From positions 35,643 through 99,642 of the forward strand of contig CAYGBC010000050.1 in the NCBI GenBank assembly GCA_964348015.1: DNA of 64,000 bases. The letters are read 5' to 3'. Shown in pieces: positions 9,241 to 18,115 of this stretch. The notes under the pieces are model-generated. The model had not been told where the DNA came from. It did not search any database and was given only the letters and a program-made list of their open reading frames with translations. Origin of the DNA: an uncultured Eubacteriales bacterium. Lineage in GTDB: Bacteria; Acidobacteriota; Aminicenantia; Aminicenantales; Aminicenantaceae. Positions within the stretch are counted from its first letter, which is position 1, and each line of letters opens with the position of its first letter. The translations under genes were made by a program, and so were the position numbers.

Positions 9241-9517
9241 GACGGACCGTGCTAGATGGGGAGCTAGCGGTGCCCTGTTGCCCACAATCCGCTCCAGTGG
9301 GGTCGAATTCCCTGTCGAGGCTGTGCTTTGTCTGGTCAGTGTCTGAGTAAGTGGTGTTGAGGGTTTGGGCTCTGCGCAAAGAGCTCTCTGTGAATCCCGT
9401 CAGGACCGGGAGGTAGCAGCGGTAGCAGAGCGGTCTCTTGTGCTGCAGGTCAGCCTGGCCTGAGCTAACTGCTCGGATAACGCAGGGAAAGTTCAGTCGG
9501 AGCAGGGTGCGCGGTCC
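9241..9517 (+). ncRNA. ffs: Signal recognition particle RNA, long (Bacillus-type) form with Alu domain
   Basis: The domain IV motif GTCAGGACCGGGAGGTAGCAGC at 9399-9420 compares with GUCAGGUCCGGAAGGAAGCAGC in E. coli and B. subtilis. The 3' side ..CCTGGCCTGAGCTAACTGCT.. and the 5' Alu-domain segment GGGGAGCTAGCGGTGCCCTGT..CAATCCGCTCCAG..GAATCCC parallel B. subtilis scRNA as I recall it. The 5' GGACCGTGC pairs with the 3' GCGCGGTCC, followed by TTTTTTT. Ends are good to about 10 nt. Confidence 0.85.
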
Positions 9518-9556
9518 TTTTTTTGGATTTTTTCCGCTGGTTCCTGTTGTTGCCGG

Positions 9557-10804
9557 TTAACCCAGGAAAAAATGCGCTTCTCGTATTTTATCCCTTACGG
9601 GCACGCCGTAGGGGCAGACCCTTTCACATTCAGGGCAGCTTATGCATGCGGATGCTGTCTGGGAAGGGCTGAGTCGGGAATAGGACTCTTTGGCTAAACC
9701 TGTTTTTCCGTATCCTTCATGATAAGCGAGGAAGCGCAGGATGGATGTGGTTTCTATATGGGAGGGGCAGCTCTTCCGACAGAGACCGCACATATGACAG
9801 TAGTTTTGAGAATTTTCCGCCACATGGCAGAAGAGGTTTCGTCTTTCTCCTTCTGTGAGGGACTTGCCGATCACTCCCAGGTCTTCTTCCAGTTGGTCAA
9901 ACGTCAGCATCTCTATTACGACTGAAGAGATTTCCTTATTTTCGAGTGCCCACTTGAGCATGGCCTGATAAATCGTGGTCTCACCGGTCTTGTATTTTTC
10001 CAGGTTCTGTCTTCTCCCCCCGATTTTCAGGGTCTTCATGGCGATGATCCCGACATCTTTTGAATGGGCCAGTTTGATCAGGCGGCGGGTTCCGCTGGCT
10101 CCAAGGTAATCGTCATAGGTCTGGATTTCTTTTTCAGTCCTCTGGATGTCGAAGACGTTATACCCGAGCTGGACCATGTCGTAATGGCCGCACTCAACAG
10201 CTTTCTTCACAACCTCATGATGGTTGGAGTGGCAGGAAAGGCCTCTAAACCTGTATTTCCCCTGTTTTTTGAGCTTCTCGAAGGCATTGAGAACTCTTTC
10301 ATCAACGAGGTTTTCTGGATTTGAAGCCCCATGAATCAAAAGAACATCCAGATAGTCTGTGTCGAGCCTTCGGAGGCTTCCCTCCACAGAGCTTATGATG
10401 GATTCTTCGCTCCAGTTCCGTCTGAGATGGAATTTCGTTCCCACGTGCACTTTATCCCTTCCCGCACGTTTGAGGAGCTGGCCGATTTGACGCTCGCTGT
10501 TGCCGTTCTGATAGGCATGGGATGTGTCGATGTAATTCACTCCTCTTTCGTACGCTTGATGAAGGATCGGCATCTCCGGCACCGGGCTTCCTCCCACTGA
10601 GATTTCGGAGATCTGCAGATTGGTTCTTCCCAGGCGGCGATAATACATCTGGCCTTTTTTCACTCTGGGACTCTGTTTTTCATCACCTGAAAGAAGCTTT
10701 GCAGGTGCCAGAGAGGCTGAAAAAGCCCCTAAAACACAGTTCCTGATAAAAGTTCGTCTTCCAGAAGATACATTGTGGTCTGGCGTGTCAATACTCATCA
10801 TCAA
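9557..10804 (-). CDS. Aldo/keto reductase with C-terminal Cys-rich (4Fe-4S-like) domain and Tat-type signal
   Basis: The N-terminus SGRRTFIRNCVLGAF resembles the twin-arginine motif. The AKR core shows GVNYIDTSHAYQNG and LLIHG. The C-terminus has CHMCGLCRKSCP and CISCPECERVCPYG cysteine clusters. Confidence 0.75.
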   Translation of the reverse strand: MMMSIDTPDHNVSSGRRTFIRNCVLGAFSASLAPAKLLSGDEKQSPRVKKGQMYYRRLGRTNLQISEISVGGSPVPEMPILHQAYERGVNYIDTSHAYQNGNSERQIGQLLKRAGRDKVHVGTKFHLRRNWSEESIISSVEGSLRRLDTDYLDVLLIHGASNPENLVDERVLNAFEKLKKQGKYRFRGLSCHSNHHEVVKKAVECGHYDMVQLGYNVFDIQRTEKEIQTYDDYLGASGTRRLIKLAHSKDVGIIAMKTLKIGGRRQNLEKYKTGETTIYQAMLKWALENKEISSVVIEMLTFDQLEEDLGVIGKSLTEGERRNLFCHVAENSQNYCHMCGLCRKSCPSHIETTSILRFLAYHEGYGKTGLAKESYSRLSPSQTASACISCPECERVCPYGVPVRDKIREAHFFLG

Positions 10805-10815
10805 GATCCTTTCGT

Positions 10816-11715
10816 TTAATCTTTCAAAAGGCTTAGCTCATTCAGCAGACTTCTTATGTTCTTTTTCCCTTTTTCATCCAGTGGAAGAAGCGGAAGCCGG
10901 GGAGGGCCGCCCGAATACCCGAGCATGTCGAGTGCGTACTTGATTCCCGGGATTCCGTGAACCTGGATGATGGCTTTATTGAGGAGCATCAGCTCAAGCT
11001 GGAGTTTGAGCGCTTCCTCGAGTTTTTTTTCTAGAAACAGGTTGTATAACCTGACGCAGTGATCCGGTGCGACTGAGGCTAAAGCCAGAATGCCTCCTTG
11101 AGCGCCGAGAAGAAGCCCCTGGAGAAAAAGTCCTCCCGCCCCAAGAAGAATGCTGAATTGAGGCGAAATGCGGGGGACGGCTTCTCCAACGGACGATAAA
11201 TTCCCAGAGCTGTCCTTGATTCCCGCGATGTTATTATGCTTGGAGAGTTCGACCATAAGGTCGGAGTCGACTGAGATGCCTGTGAACCGCGGAATATTGT
11301 AAATGATCACAGGGATGTTGGACTTTTCCGCTATCGTGAGATAGTGAGCCATCAGAGCTTTCCGGTCTATCAGAGATCTGAAATAGCTGGGGGTCCGGAC
11401 CAGAGCCGCGTCGATACCGAGTTCCGCCATCCTGTTTGTGAATGTGATAGTCGCTTTGGTGGACTCTCTGGCCGTGCCGACGATTATTTTTTTCCCTTGA
11501 GAAGTTGATTCTTTCGCCGCTTGAACGAGTTTTTCCGATTCGTCGTCAGAGAGATAGACGCTTTCTCCAGTGGAACCCAGGATGACGTAACCGGAAAGGC
11601 CGAACCGGTTGTATTTTTCGATGTTTGCCTTGAACCTTTGGGGGGATATCTCGTCTCCTGTGAAAGGAGTTGTCAAAGCGGCGAACACGCCCTTGAAATC
11701 AGAATGCATCTTCAT
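10816..11715 (-). CDS. DapA-family (dihydrodipicolinate synthase / N-acetylneuraminate lyase superfamily) aldolase
   Basis: Motifs seen: GVFAALTTPF, GSTGESVYLSDDE, IIYNIP, GIKDSSG (Schiff-base lysine context). Its specific function within the family is not resolved. Confidence 0.75.
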   Translation of the reverse strand: MKMHSDFKGVFAALTTPFTGDEISPQRFKANIEKYNRFGLSGYVILGSTGESVYLSDDESEKLVQAAKESTSQGKKIIVGTARESTKATITFTNRMAELGIDAALVRTPSYFRSLIDRKALMAHYLTIAEKSNIPVIIYNIPRFTGISVDSDLMVELSKHNNIAGIKDSSGNLSSVGEAVPRISPQFSILLGAGGLFLQGLLLGAQGGILALASVAPDHCVRLYNLFLEKKLEEALKLQLELMLLNKAIIQVHGIPGIKYALDMLGYSGGPPRLPLLPLDEKGKKNIRSLLNELSLLKD

Positions 11716-11784
11716 CTCTCCTCAAGTCCGGCCGGGCCATAACAGGTCTTTTGTCTCCAAAATTGAAAATGGCACACACAATTT

Positions 11785-12153
11785 TTACTGATTTTCGATC
11801 TTCTTTAACTCGTCATCATCGAAACCGAAATAGTGTGCAATCTCGTGAATCACCACCTCTTGGACTTTCTGTTTTATTTCGTCTTCTGTGAAGCAGATCT
11901 TTTCTATGGGTTTCTGATAGATGGTTATCACATCAGGAGGCACGTTTCCGTAGAAGGGACCTCTGTGCTTGTACGGCACACCATGGTAATGCCCCAAGAT
12001 CAGCTTGAAGGGTGAGCCTCCTAAACGATTGTAGACTTCTCTGGAAGGCTTCTCCTCGACGATGACCGTGATGTTTTCCAGACGTTCCTTAAAATTTTCT
12101 GGGAGTTCAGCCAGAGCCTCTTCGACGAGCTTCTCAAACTTTTCGCGTTCCAT
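11785..12153 (-). CDS. Small zincin-like metallopeptidase-family protein
   Basis: 122 aa with HEIAHYFGFDDDEL (HExxH) near the C-terminus, as in the small Zincin_1-type family. Confidence 0.65.
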   Translation of the reverse strand: MEREKFEKLVEEALAELPENFKERLENITVIVEEKPSREVYNRLGGSPFKLILGHYHGVPYKHRGPFYGNVPPDVITIYQKPIEKICFTEDEIKQKVQEVVIHEIAHYFGFDDDELKKIENQ

Positions 12154-12182
12154 CAGGCATATGGCTCCTTGAGAATTTTCTC

Positions 12183-12731
12183 CTATTTTTCGATCCCTTT
12201 TCTTGCTTTGACGCCTTTTTTGTAATAATGCTTTTTCTCTTTCATTTCGGTGACAAGGTCCGCTTTCTTAAGGAATGAGGGCGGGGCATATCGTCCAGTC
12301 AGGATGACTTCAACATCGTCAGGCTTTTCGGCCAAGAAAGCCAGGATTTCCTTCTCCGATAAGAGCTTGAAGTAGACCGCGACATTGATCTCGTCCAGGA
12401 TGACTATCCTGTATTTTGATGAAAGCATAGCCTCCCGGCATCTCTTCAGTCCTTTTCTGGCCTTTTGGATGTCTTCTTTGTCCGGGTCTTTTGTCACATG
12501 GATGAAGCCCTTTCGGCCGAATTGCTCGATGGTGATGTACGGAGAAAGACTCTTTGCAGAGAGAAGCTCTCCGTACAACTGGCCCTTGAGGAATTGCCCG
12601 ATATAAACTTTCTGTTTATGTCCGGCTGCCCGGAAAGCCAGCCCCAGAGCAGCGGTAGTTTTTCCCTTCCCGTTTCCAGTGTAGACCTGGATGTATCCTC
12701 TTCGTTTTTTCTTCTCGTCCATCTTAACCAC
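12183..12731 (-). CDS. cobO: Cob(I)yrinic acid a,c-diamide adenosyltransferase (CobO/BtuR type)
   Basis: Motifs seen: P-loop YTGNGKGKTTAALG, LDEINVA, TGRYAP, DLVTEMKEKKH. The ORF-track start is GTG (12731); an ATG at 12722 is an alternative. Confidence 0.85.
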   Translation of the reverse strand: MVKMDEKKKRRGYIQVYTGNGKGKTTAALGLAFRAAGHKQKVYIGQFLKGQLYGELLSAKSLSPYITIEQFGRKGFIHVTKDPDKEDIQKARKGLKRCREAMLSSKYRIVILDEINVAVYFKLLSEKEILAFLAEKPDDVEVILTGRYAPPSFLKKADLVTEMKEKKHYYKKGVKARKGIEK

Positions 12732-12907
12732 TATATTTTAAACCTTTTCCTGAGTCAATGACCATATCTGTCTAAAAAAAAAGCTCTGTATCAAATTTTC
12801 TTTTTATCGGAGGAGTTAGGTTTAAAAAATGAAAAAATTGACCATCATATACAGAAAATTGAGGCCTGACCGCCTGCTTCCAAGGAATTTTAAATTTATA
12901 TGACTTG

Positions 12908-12916
12908 TGCTATAAT
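12908..12916 (+). promoter_or_regulatory. Extended -10 element (TGcTATAAT) 7 nt upstream of the serS ATG (leaderless-type arrangement)
   Basis: TG at 12908-12909 and TATAAT at 12911-12916, with the canonical SerRS start MLDPKY at 12924. There is no Shine-Dalgarno between them. Confidence 0.45.
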
Positions 12917-12923
12917 CTGCGGC

Positions 12924-14195
12924 ATGTTAGACCCGAAATATGTGTTAGAAAACGCTGATGTTATCATAAAAAAGACAAAGGCCCGGGGGCTGGATATCAG
13001 CCTCAACAACTTCAAGAAGCTCTATCGGGAAAAGAAAAATCACCTGACGAAATCTGAAAATTTGCGCTTTGAACGCAATAAGGCTTCCCAGCGCGTTGCC
13101 CAGATGAAAAGAGAAGGGAAGGACGCCTCGTCGATCATCTCGAAGATGAAAAAGGTCTCTGATGAGATAAAAAGCCTCGAAGAGAAGTTGAAGGAGACTG
13201 AGGAGGAGATGAATAAGGTTTTGCTGGCGATTCCGAATGTTCCTCATGAATCTGTTCCGGAAGGTCAGAGCTCAGATCAAAATGTCGAAGTGCGGAAATT
13301 CGGAAAAAAGCCGAAATTTTCTTTTCCGGTCAAAGCTCACTGGGAAATCGGGAAAGATCTTGGAATCCTTGATTTTGAGAAGGCGGCCAAGATTGCCGGC
13401 TCAAGGTTCGCGGTGTATTTTGGGGCCGGTGCAAAACTGGAGAGAGCATTGATCAATTTCATGCTGGATCTCCATACGGGGGAAAAGGATTACAAGGAAG
13501 TGATTCCCCCATTTATCGCGAACGAAAGGAGCTTGACCGGAACGGGAAACCTGCCGAAGTTCGAGAACGACCTTTTCAAGCTGCGCGGATATCATTGGTA
13601 CATGATTCCCACGGCAGAGGTTCCTCTGACCAACCTGTACCAGGATGAAATCCTCGGGGGCGAGTCTCTTCCCAAGAGGTATGTGGCGTACACGCCGTGC
13701 TTCCGGCGGGAAGCAGGCTCCTACGGGAAAGATATACGAGGACTGATACGCCAGCATCAATTCAACAAGGTCGAGTTGATGAGTTTCACTCTGCCCGAGA
13801 CGTCCTATGAAGAGCTCGAGAAAATGACCCTGGATGCTGAAGAGGTGTTGAAAAGACTTGGATTGCATTACCGCGTTGTCGTGCTCTGTACGGCGGATTT
13901 GGGTTTTGCGGGGGCCAAAACCTATGACCTTGAACTCTGGATGCCCTACCAGAAAAAGTACATGGAAATCTCATCCTGCACCAACTGCGAGGATTTTCAG
14001 GCAAGAAGAGCCAACATCCGGTTTAAAAGAGAAGGAAAATCCAAGACTGAATTTGTCCACACGCTGAACGGTTCAGGCGTGGCTCTGGGGAGGACTGTGA
14101 GTGCCATCCTGGAAAGCTTCCAGAATGAGGACGGCACGGTCACGATCCCGGAAGCCCTGCGGACTTATATGGACGGCCTCGAGAAGATAGGCTGA
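12924..14195 (+). CDS. serS: Seryl-tRNA synthetase
   Basis: [10 protein letters not shown].. is the typical SerRS N-terminus and coiled-coil arm. Class II motifs are present: [35 protein letters not shown] chose the internal ATG at 12924. Confidence 0.95.
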   Translation: MLDPKYVLENADVIIKKTKARGLDISLNNFKKLYREKKNHLTKSENLRFERNKASQRVAQMKREGKDASSIISKMKKVSDEIKSLEEKLKETEEEMNKVLLAIPNVPHESVPEGQSSDQNVEVRKFGKKPKFSFPVKAHWEIGKDLGILDFEKAAKIAGSRFAVYFGAGAKLERALINFMLDLHTGEKDYKEVIPPFIANERSLTGTGNLPKFENDLFKLRGYHWYMIPTAEVPLTNLYQDEILGGESLPKRYVAYTPCFRREAGSYGKDIRGLIRQHQFNKVELMSFTLPETSYEELEKMTLDAEEVLKRLGLHYRVVVLCTADLGFAGAKTYDLELWMPYQKKYMEISSCTNCEDFQARRANIRFKREGKSKTEFVHTLNGSGVALGRTVSAILESFQNEDGTVTIPEALRTYMDGLEKIG

Positions 14196-14252
14196 AAAAG
14201 TGACCCACAACTGACATACAGAAGGTTATTCAGAGAAAATAAGCACATATCC

Positions 14253-14342
14253 GGAGGGATGGCCGAGTGGCTTAAGGCGGCGGTCTTGAAAATCGCTTCC
14301 CGGGCAACCGGGACGGGGGTTCGAATCCCTCTCCCTCCGCCA
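14253..14342 (+). tRNA. tRNA-Ser (anticodon UGA), type II with long variable arm, encoded CCA
   Basis: Hand-folded: acceptor GGAGGGA/TCCCTCC, D-arm GCC..GGC, anticodon stem GCGGT/ATCGC with loop CT-TGA-AA, long variable arm, T-arm GGGGG-TTCGAAT-CCCTC, then G and CCA. Confidence 0.95.
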
Positions 14343-14430
14343 GCCCCACACAACAGGAGATCCCATCCAAACGATATTTTAATTCTGTCCGGAAAAATGA
14401 TAGAATAGCTTCAGACTCTGACTCGTAAGC

Positions 14431-14524
<94 letters not shown>

Positions 14525-14548
14525 TCGAATTTCCCCATTAGAAGGCCC

Positions 14549-15619
14549 TTAATATCTTTGCTCGAGAAATTTTATGATTTTTGCACTTCCTGAGGGAAAA
14601 GGATAGCTCCGCATTCCTCGGAGAGTTACCCAGCGGTGATGGTTCTTAGTCATGAGGGGTGCATTTTTTAGCCTGCATTCATAGGCATACAGGGTTACTT
14701 GGAATTGAGTATAGGAATGCCGGACTCTGATCAGGAGATTTTCGGATTGGACTTCTGCCTTGAGCTCCTCTTTTATCTCTCGATGAAGAGCCTCTTCTAG
14801 TGTCTCCTCTTGTTTTCTTTTTCCTCCAGGGAATTCCCAGAGGTCAGCCAGGAGTCCTTCGGAGGGTCTTTTTTGAATGAGGAATCTTCCGTTTTTTCGG
14901 ATTATGGCCACAACTGTTTCAATCTTTCGATAATTCCTTTTTTTGGGGAGAGGAATGACCTCCTGTTGACCGTCTTTATACGCCTGGCAGTGATCACTGA
15001 GAGGGCAGAGAAGGCAGGAGGGATTTTTAGGCCGGCAAACCAGGGCTCCCAGCTCCATCATGGCCTGGTTAAAGATCCCGGGCCTTTTGTGCGGGAAGTG
15101 AGGAGTGAGAAAATCGAGTAAGGCTTTGTCTTTTTGAGGGTTGGCTTCACTGCGTACGCCTTTCAGCCTCATGAGAATTCTACGCACGTTGGCGTCTACA
15201 ACCGGAAACGGTTTGTTAAAGGCCAGGCTGAGAACCGCAGCCGTAATGTAAGGGCCGAATCCAGGGAGTTTGTTCAATTCCTTGTAGTCCTGGGGAAGTT
15301 GTCCGTTGAATTTCTCCATAATAATCTTTGAAGCACTATGGAGATTTTTCGCTCTCTGGTAATATCCCAAGCCCTGCCAGGCTTTGAGAACTCTTCTGAG
15401 CGGAGCTAGACTGAGGCTCTGAATATCCGGAAAGGTTTGGATCCATTCCAGATAATAGGGAAGTACGGCTTGGACGGTTGTCTGCTGGAGCATGACCTCA
15501 GAAACCCAGATCGTGTAGGGATTACGGTCCTTTCTCCATGGAAGATTTCTGTGATGCCGTTTGTACCAGAGCAACAATTTTCTCTGGAATGAGGATGTGC
15601 CTGTGTTTAGACCTTCCAT
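14549..15619 (-). CDS. mutY: A/G-specific adenine DNA glycosylase MutY
   Basis: Motifs seen: LLLWYKRHHRNLPWR, YTIWVSEVMLQQTTV, the HhH-GPD region, a Cys cluster (CRPKNPSCLLCPLSDHC) and a C-terminal NUDIX-like domain. Confidence 0.9.
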   Translation of the reverse strand: MEGLNTGTSSFQRKLLLWYKRHHRNLPWRKDRNPYTIWVSEVMLQQTTVQAVLPYYLEWIQTFPDIQSLSLAPLRRVLKAWQGLGYYQRAKNLHSASKIIMEKFNGQLPQDYKELNKLPGFGPYITAAVLSLAFNKPFPVVDANVRRILMRLKGVRSEANPQKDKALLDFLTPHFPHKRPGIFNQAMMELGALVCRPKNPSCLLCPLSDHCQAYKDGQQEVIPLPKKRNYRKIETVVAIIRKNGRFLIQKRPSEGLLADLWEFPGGKRKQEETLEEALHREIKEELKAEVQSENLLIRVRHSYTQFQVTLYAYECRLKNAPLMTKNHHRWVTLRGMRSYPFPSGSAKIIKFLEQRY

Positions 15620-16085
15620 TTATGTGCAGACAGCGTTCTCCCTTCGTTTTTTTAATGCCTGGGCATTACACAAGAGGTTCATACGTCAATAATTCCTCAT
15701 TGATCGATGCGCAAGACCGTTTTAGCACGATTGACTATCCTTTGGCAAAGCAAAGTTCTAAACTCTTCTTGACATCGGTATTTGAGTATTATATTTTTCT
15801 TAATGAATTCTAGAGAAAAAGCTGAAGTGCGCGGTGTTATAGCCATCCGGGAGTTCAGCTTGAAGGAGAGGCGGAGCCCGTTCCTGCGCACCTGGGATTA
15901 ATTCAAACCAAAAACTCTTCAACTGGAGAGATGGAAGTGATAGTCTTCACCGATGAGATGATGAATTCGGAATTCACCCCTCAAATCCTCCTTACCGATG
16001 ATTGACACTGTTCGCGTCATTTGCAATCATAGAACGCAACTGGGCTGTGTGTGTTTGAATTATTGATAATACCGACTAGGTCAAA

Positions 16086-18056
16086 ATGAAGAAAATAGGC
16101 AAATACGAAATCCAGAGCATACTGGGAAAGGGAGCCATGGGGATTGTCTACAAAGCTCTTGATCCCGATATCAACCGCCAAGTGGCCATCAAGACCATTC
16201 GTTTCGATTTATCCTCGGAAGAGACTGATACCGAAGAAATTATGCAGAGGTTCATGAGAGAAGCTCAGGCCGCGGGAAAACTGACTCACCCCAATATCAT
16301 CACGATCTTTGATGTGGGAAGAGAGCAGGACCTGACCTATATCGTTATGCAGTTTATCGAGGGTCCGAGTATCCAGAGGCTCATCGCCAAAGGCGAGAAA
16401 TTTTCTATCCCAGAAATCACCAAGCTCATGGAGTCGGTCTGCAGTGCTCTGGATTATGCCCATCAGAATGGGATCGTCCATCGGGATATTAAACCTGGAA
16501 ATATTCTGTTGGATAACAATAAAAAACCGTATATCTGTGATTTCGGTGTGGCGCGCGTTGACACTTCGACCTTAACGCAATCGGGAACAGCCGTGGGAAC
16601 TCCGAGCTACATGTCTCCTGAACAGGTCATGGGAAAGAAGGTAGACAAGCGCTCGGATATATTCTCTGTGGGATGTATCCTGTATGAAATTTTAACGGGA
16701 AGACGGCCTTTTGAAGCCGAGAGTATCACGACTGTTATTTATAAGATCATCAACGAAGAGCCTCCGGCCATCAGTGAGCTCAAAAAAGGGCTCCCGGCTG
16801 GATTTGGGAAGATCATCGCCAAAGCTTTAGCCAAGGACCCGAACAACCGCTACCAGAATTGCATTCAGCTTGCCGAGGATTTGCGTAACCTAGATAAACT
16901 GTCCGATAAAACCATAGCCGTTACCGTGACCAAAGAAGCTCAAATCCCTGAAATCGAGGAAAAAGAAGAGGAAAAAGAGGAAGAAAAGAAAGTTGAAGAA
17001 AAGAAGAAAAGCAGATTGGGACTCATCCTCGGGATCACCATACCTTCTGTTTTGATCATCGCGGCGGGTGGAGCTTATTTTTACAATGAGCAAACCGGGA
17101 AATTGCCTTTTGTGACAGAGGTTGTCCAGAAAGTAGCTGGAATGCTGGGCGCATCGCCGAGCAGAGCAGACCCTGGGGTGAAGCTCACCATAGAAGAGAA
17201 ATTGATCATGGCCCAAGAAAATTTAGAAAAAGGAAATTATGCGGAAACCATCCGTCTGGCTGAAGAAGTTTTGGCTGAAGATGCGGGCAACATGGCTGCT
17301 GAAGACTACAAGGAAAAAGCCCGGAAACAGTTGGAGATGGCAGGGGGGCAGCCCGGTCAGAAAGTTGAACCGAAACCACCCCCTGATTCTGAGGTCGTGG
17401 TTACCGACCCCAAAGTGCTTGCGCTCAACAGCATCAAACAGAGTTTTGAAAAAGGGGACTACGACGAGACGGTCAAACTGGCTGATGCTTTTCTTGCCGA
17501 GAATCCGGGTGATTCAACAGCTATGGATTATAAGAATAGAGCAGAAACCCAAATAACGATCGGAAGCATGCTCCAGACAGGAATCAATCACTTCAACAAC
17601 AAAAGATATGAACAGTGCAAACGGGAAATGGATAAAATATTAAAACTGGAATCAAGCCACAAAGAAGCCAAGACATACTGGAACAGGGCGGATCAGGCTA
17701 TTTTCGAGATCGGCGCGCGAAGGGATATCGCTCGAGTTGTGGAAAGTATAAGGAAGGCTGAGCAGGATAAGGAGCTCCCGGCGATTCTTTACTATATCGG
17801 ATCTGCAAATCTCAGAAATCAGAAACAATTAGACGCAACAGAAATTTTTAATAATTACGACAATATTCAATCTTATAACGAGAATATAACAATAAAATTC
17901 CAGGATAGAACACACGTAGAAGTGAAATTTTATAATTTATCCACGGCTGACAACAAGTATACAGCTCAACGAGAAAAGATTTACGAAGGAAACATCACTT
18001 GGACGATTGAAAGACAAGGGAAGAACTGGAAAATAATCAAAGAAGACAGACAATAG
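16086..18056 (+). CDS. Hanks-type Ser/Thr protein kinase with one TM segment and an extracytoplasmic helical/TPR-like domain
   Basis: Motifs seen: GKGAMGIVYKA, AIK, HRDIKPGNILL, DFG, SYMSPE. A K/E-rich linker is followed by the TM segment LGLILGITIPSVLIIAAGGAYF. Confidence 0.9.
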   Translation: MKKIGKYEIQSILGKGAMGIVYKALDPDINRQVAIKTIRFDLSSEETDTEEIMQRFMREAQAAGKLTHPNIITIFDVGREQDLTYIVMQFIEGPSIQRLIAKGEKFSIPEITKLMESVCSALDYAHQNGIVHRDIKPGNILLDNNKKPYICDFGVARVDTSTLTQSGTAVGTPSYMSPEQVMGKKVDKRSDIFSVGCILYEILTGRRPFEAESITTVIYKIINEEPPAISELKKGLPAGFGKIIAKALAKDPNNRYQNCIQLAEDLRNLDKLSDKTIAVTVTKEAQIPEIEEKEEEKEEEKKVEEKKKSRLGLILGITIPSVLIIAAGGAYFYNEQTGKLPFVTEVVQKVAGMLGASPSRADPGVKLTIEEKLIMAQENLEKGNYAETIRLAEEVLAEDAGNMAAEDYKEKARKQLEMAGGQPGQKVEPKPPPDSEVVVTDPKVLALNSIKQSFEKGDYDETVKLADAFLAENPGDSTAMDYKNRAETQITIGSMLQTGINHFNNKRYEQCKREMDKILKLESSHKEAKTYWNRADQAIFEIGARRDIARVVESIRKAEQDKELPAILYYIGSANLRNQKQLDATEIFNNYDNIQSYNENITIKFQDRTHVEVKFYNLSTADNKYTAQREKIYEGNITWTIERQGKNWKIIKEDRQ

Positions 18057-18115
18057 TAGTACTCGGCATATTAGCCGTTTTTAAAAGAATCACTGCCTAT
18101 AAGAGGAGGGAAAGG

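Noticed and set aside
9123-9350. 75-aa ORF on the + strand
   Set aside because: It overlaps the 5' half of the SRP RNA, which explains the conservation-like structure, and it has no RBS.
12732-12923. Looked for a T-box leader upstream of serS
   Set aside because: I found no specifier hairpin or T-box consensus. The extended -10 sits only 7 nt from the ATG, leaving no room for a leader RNA.
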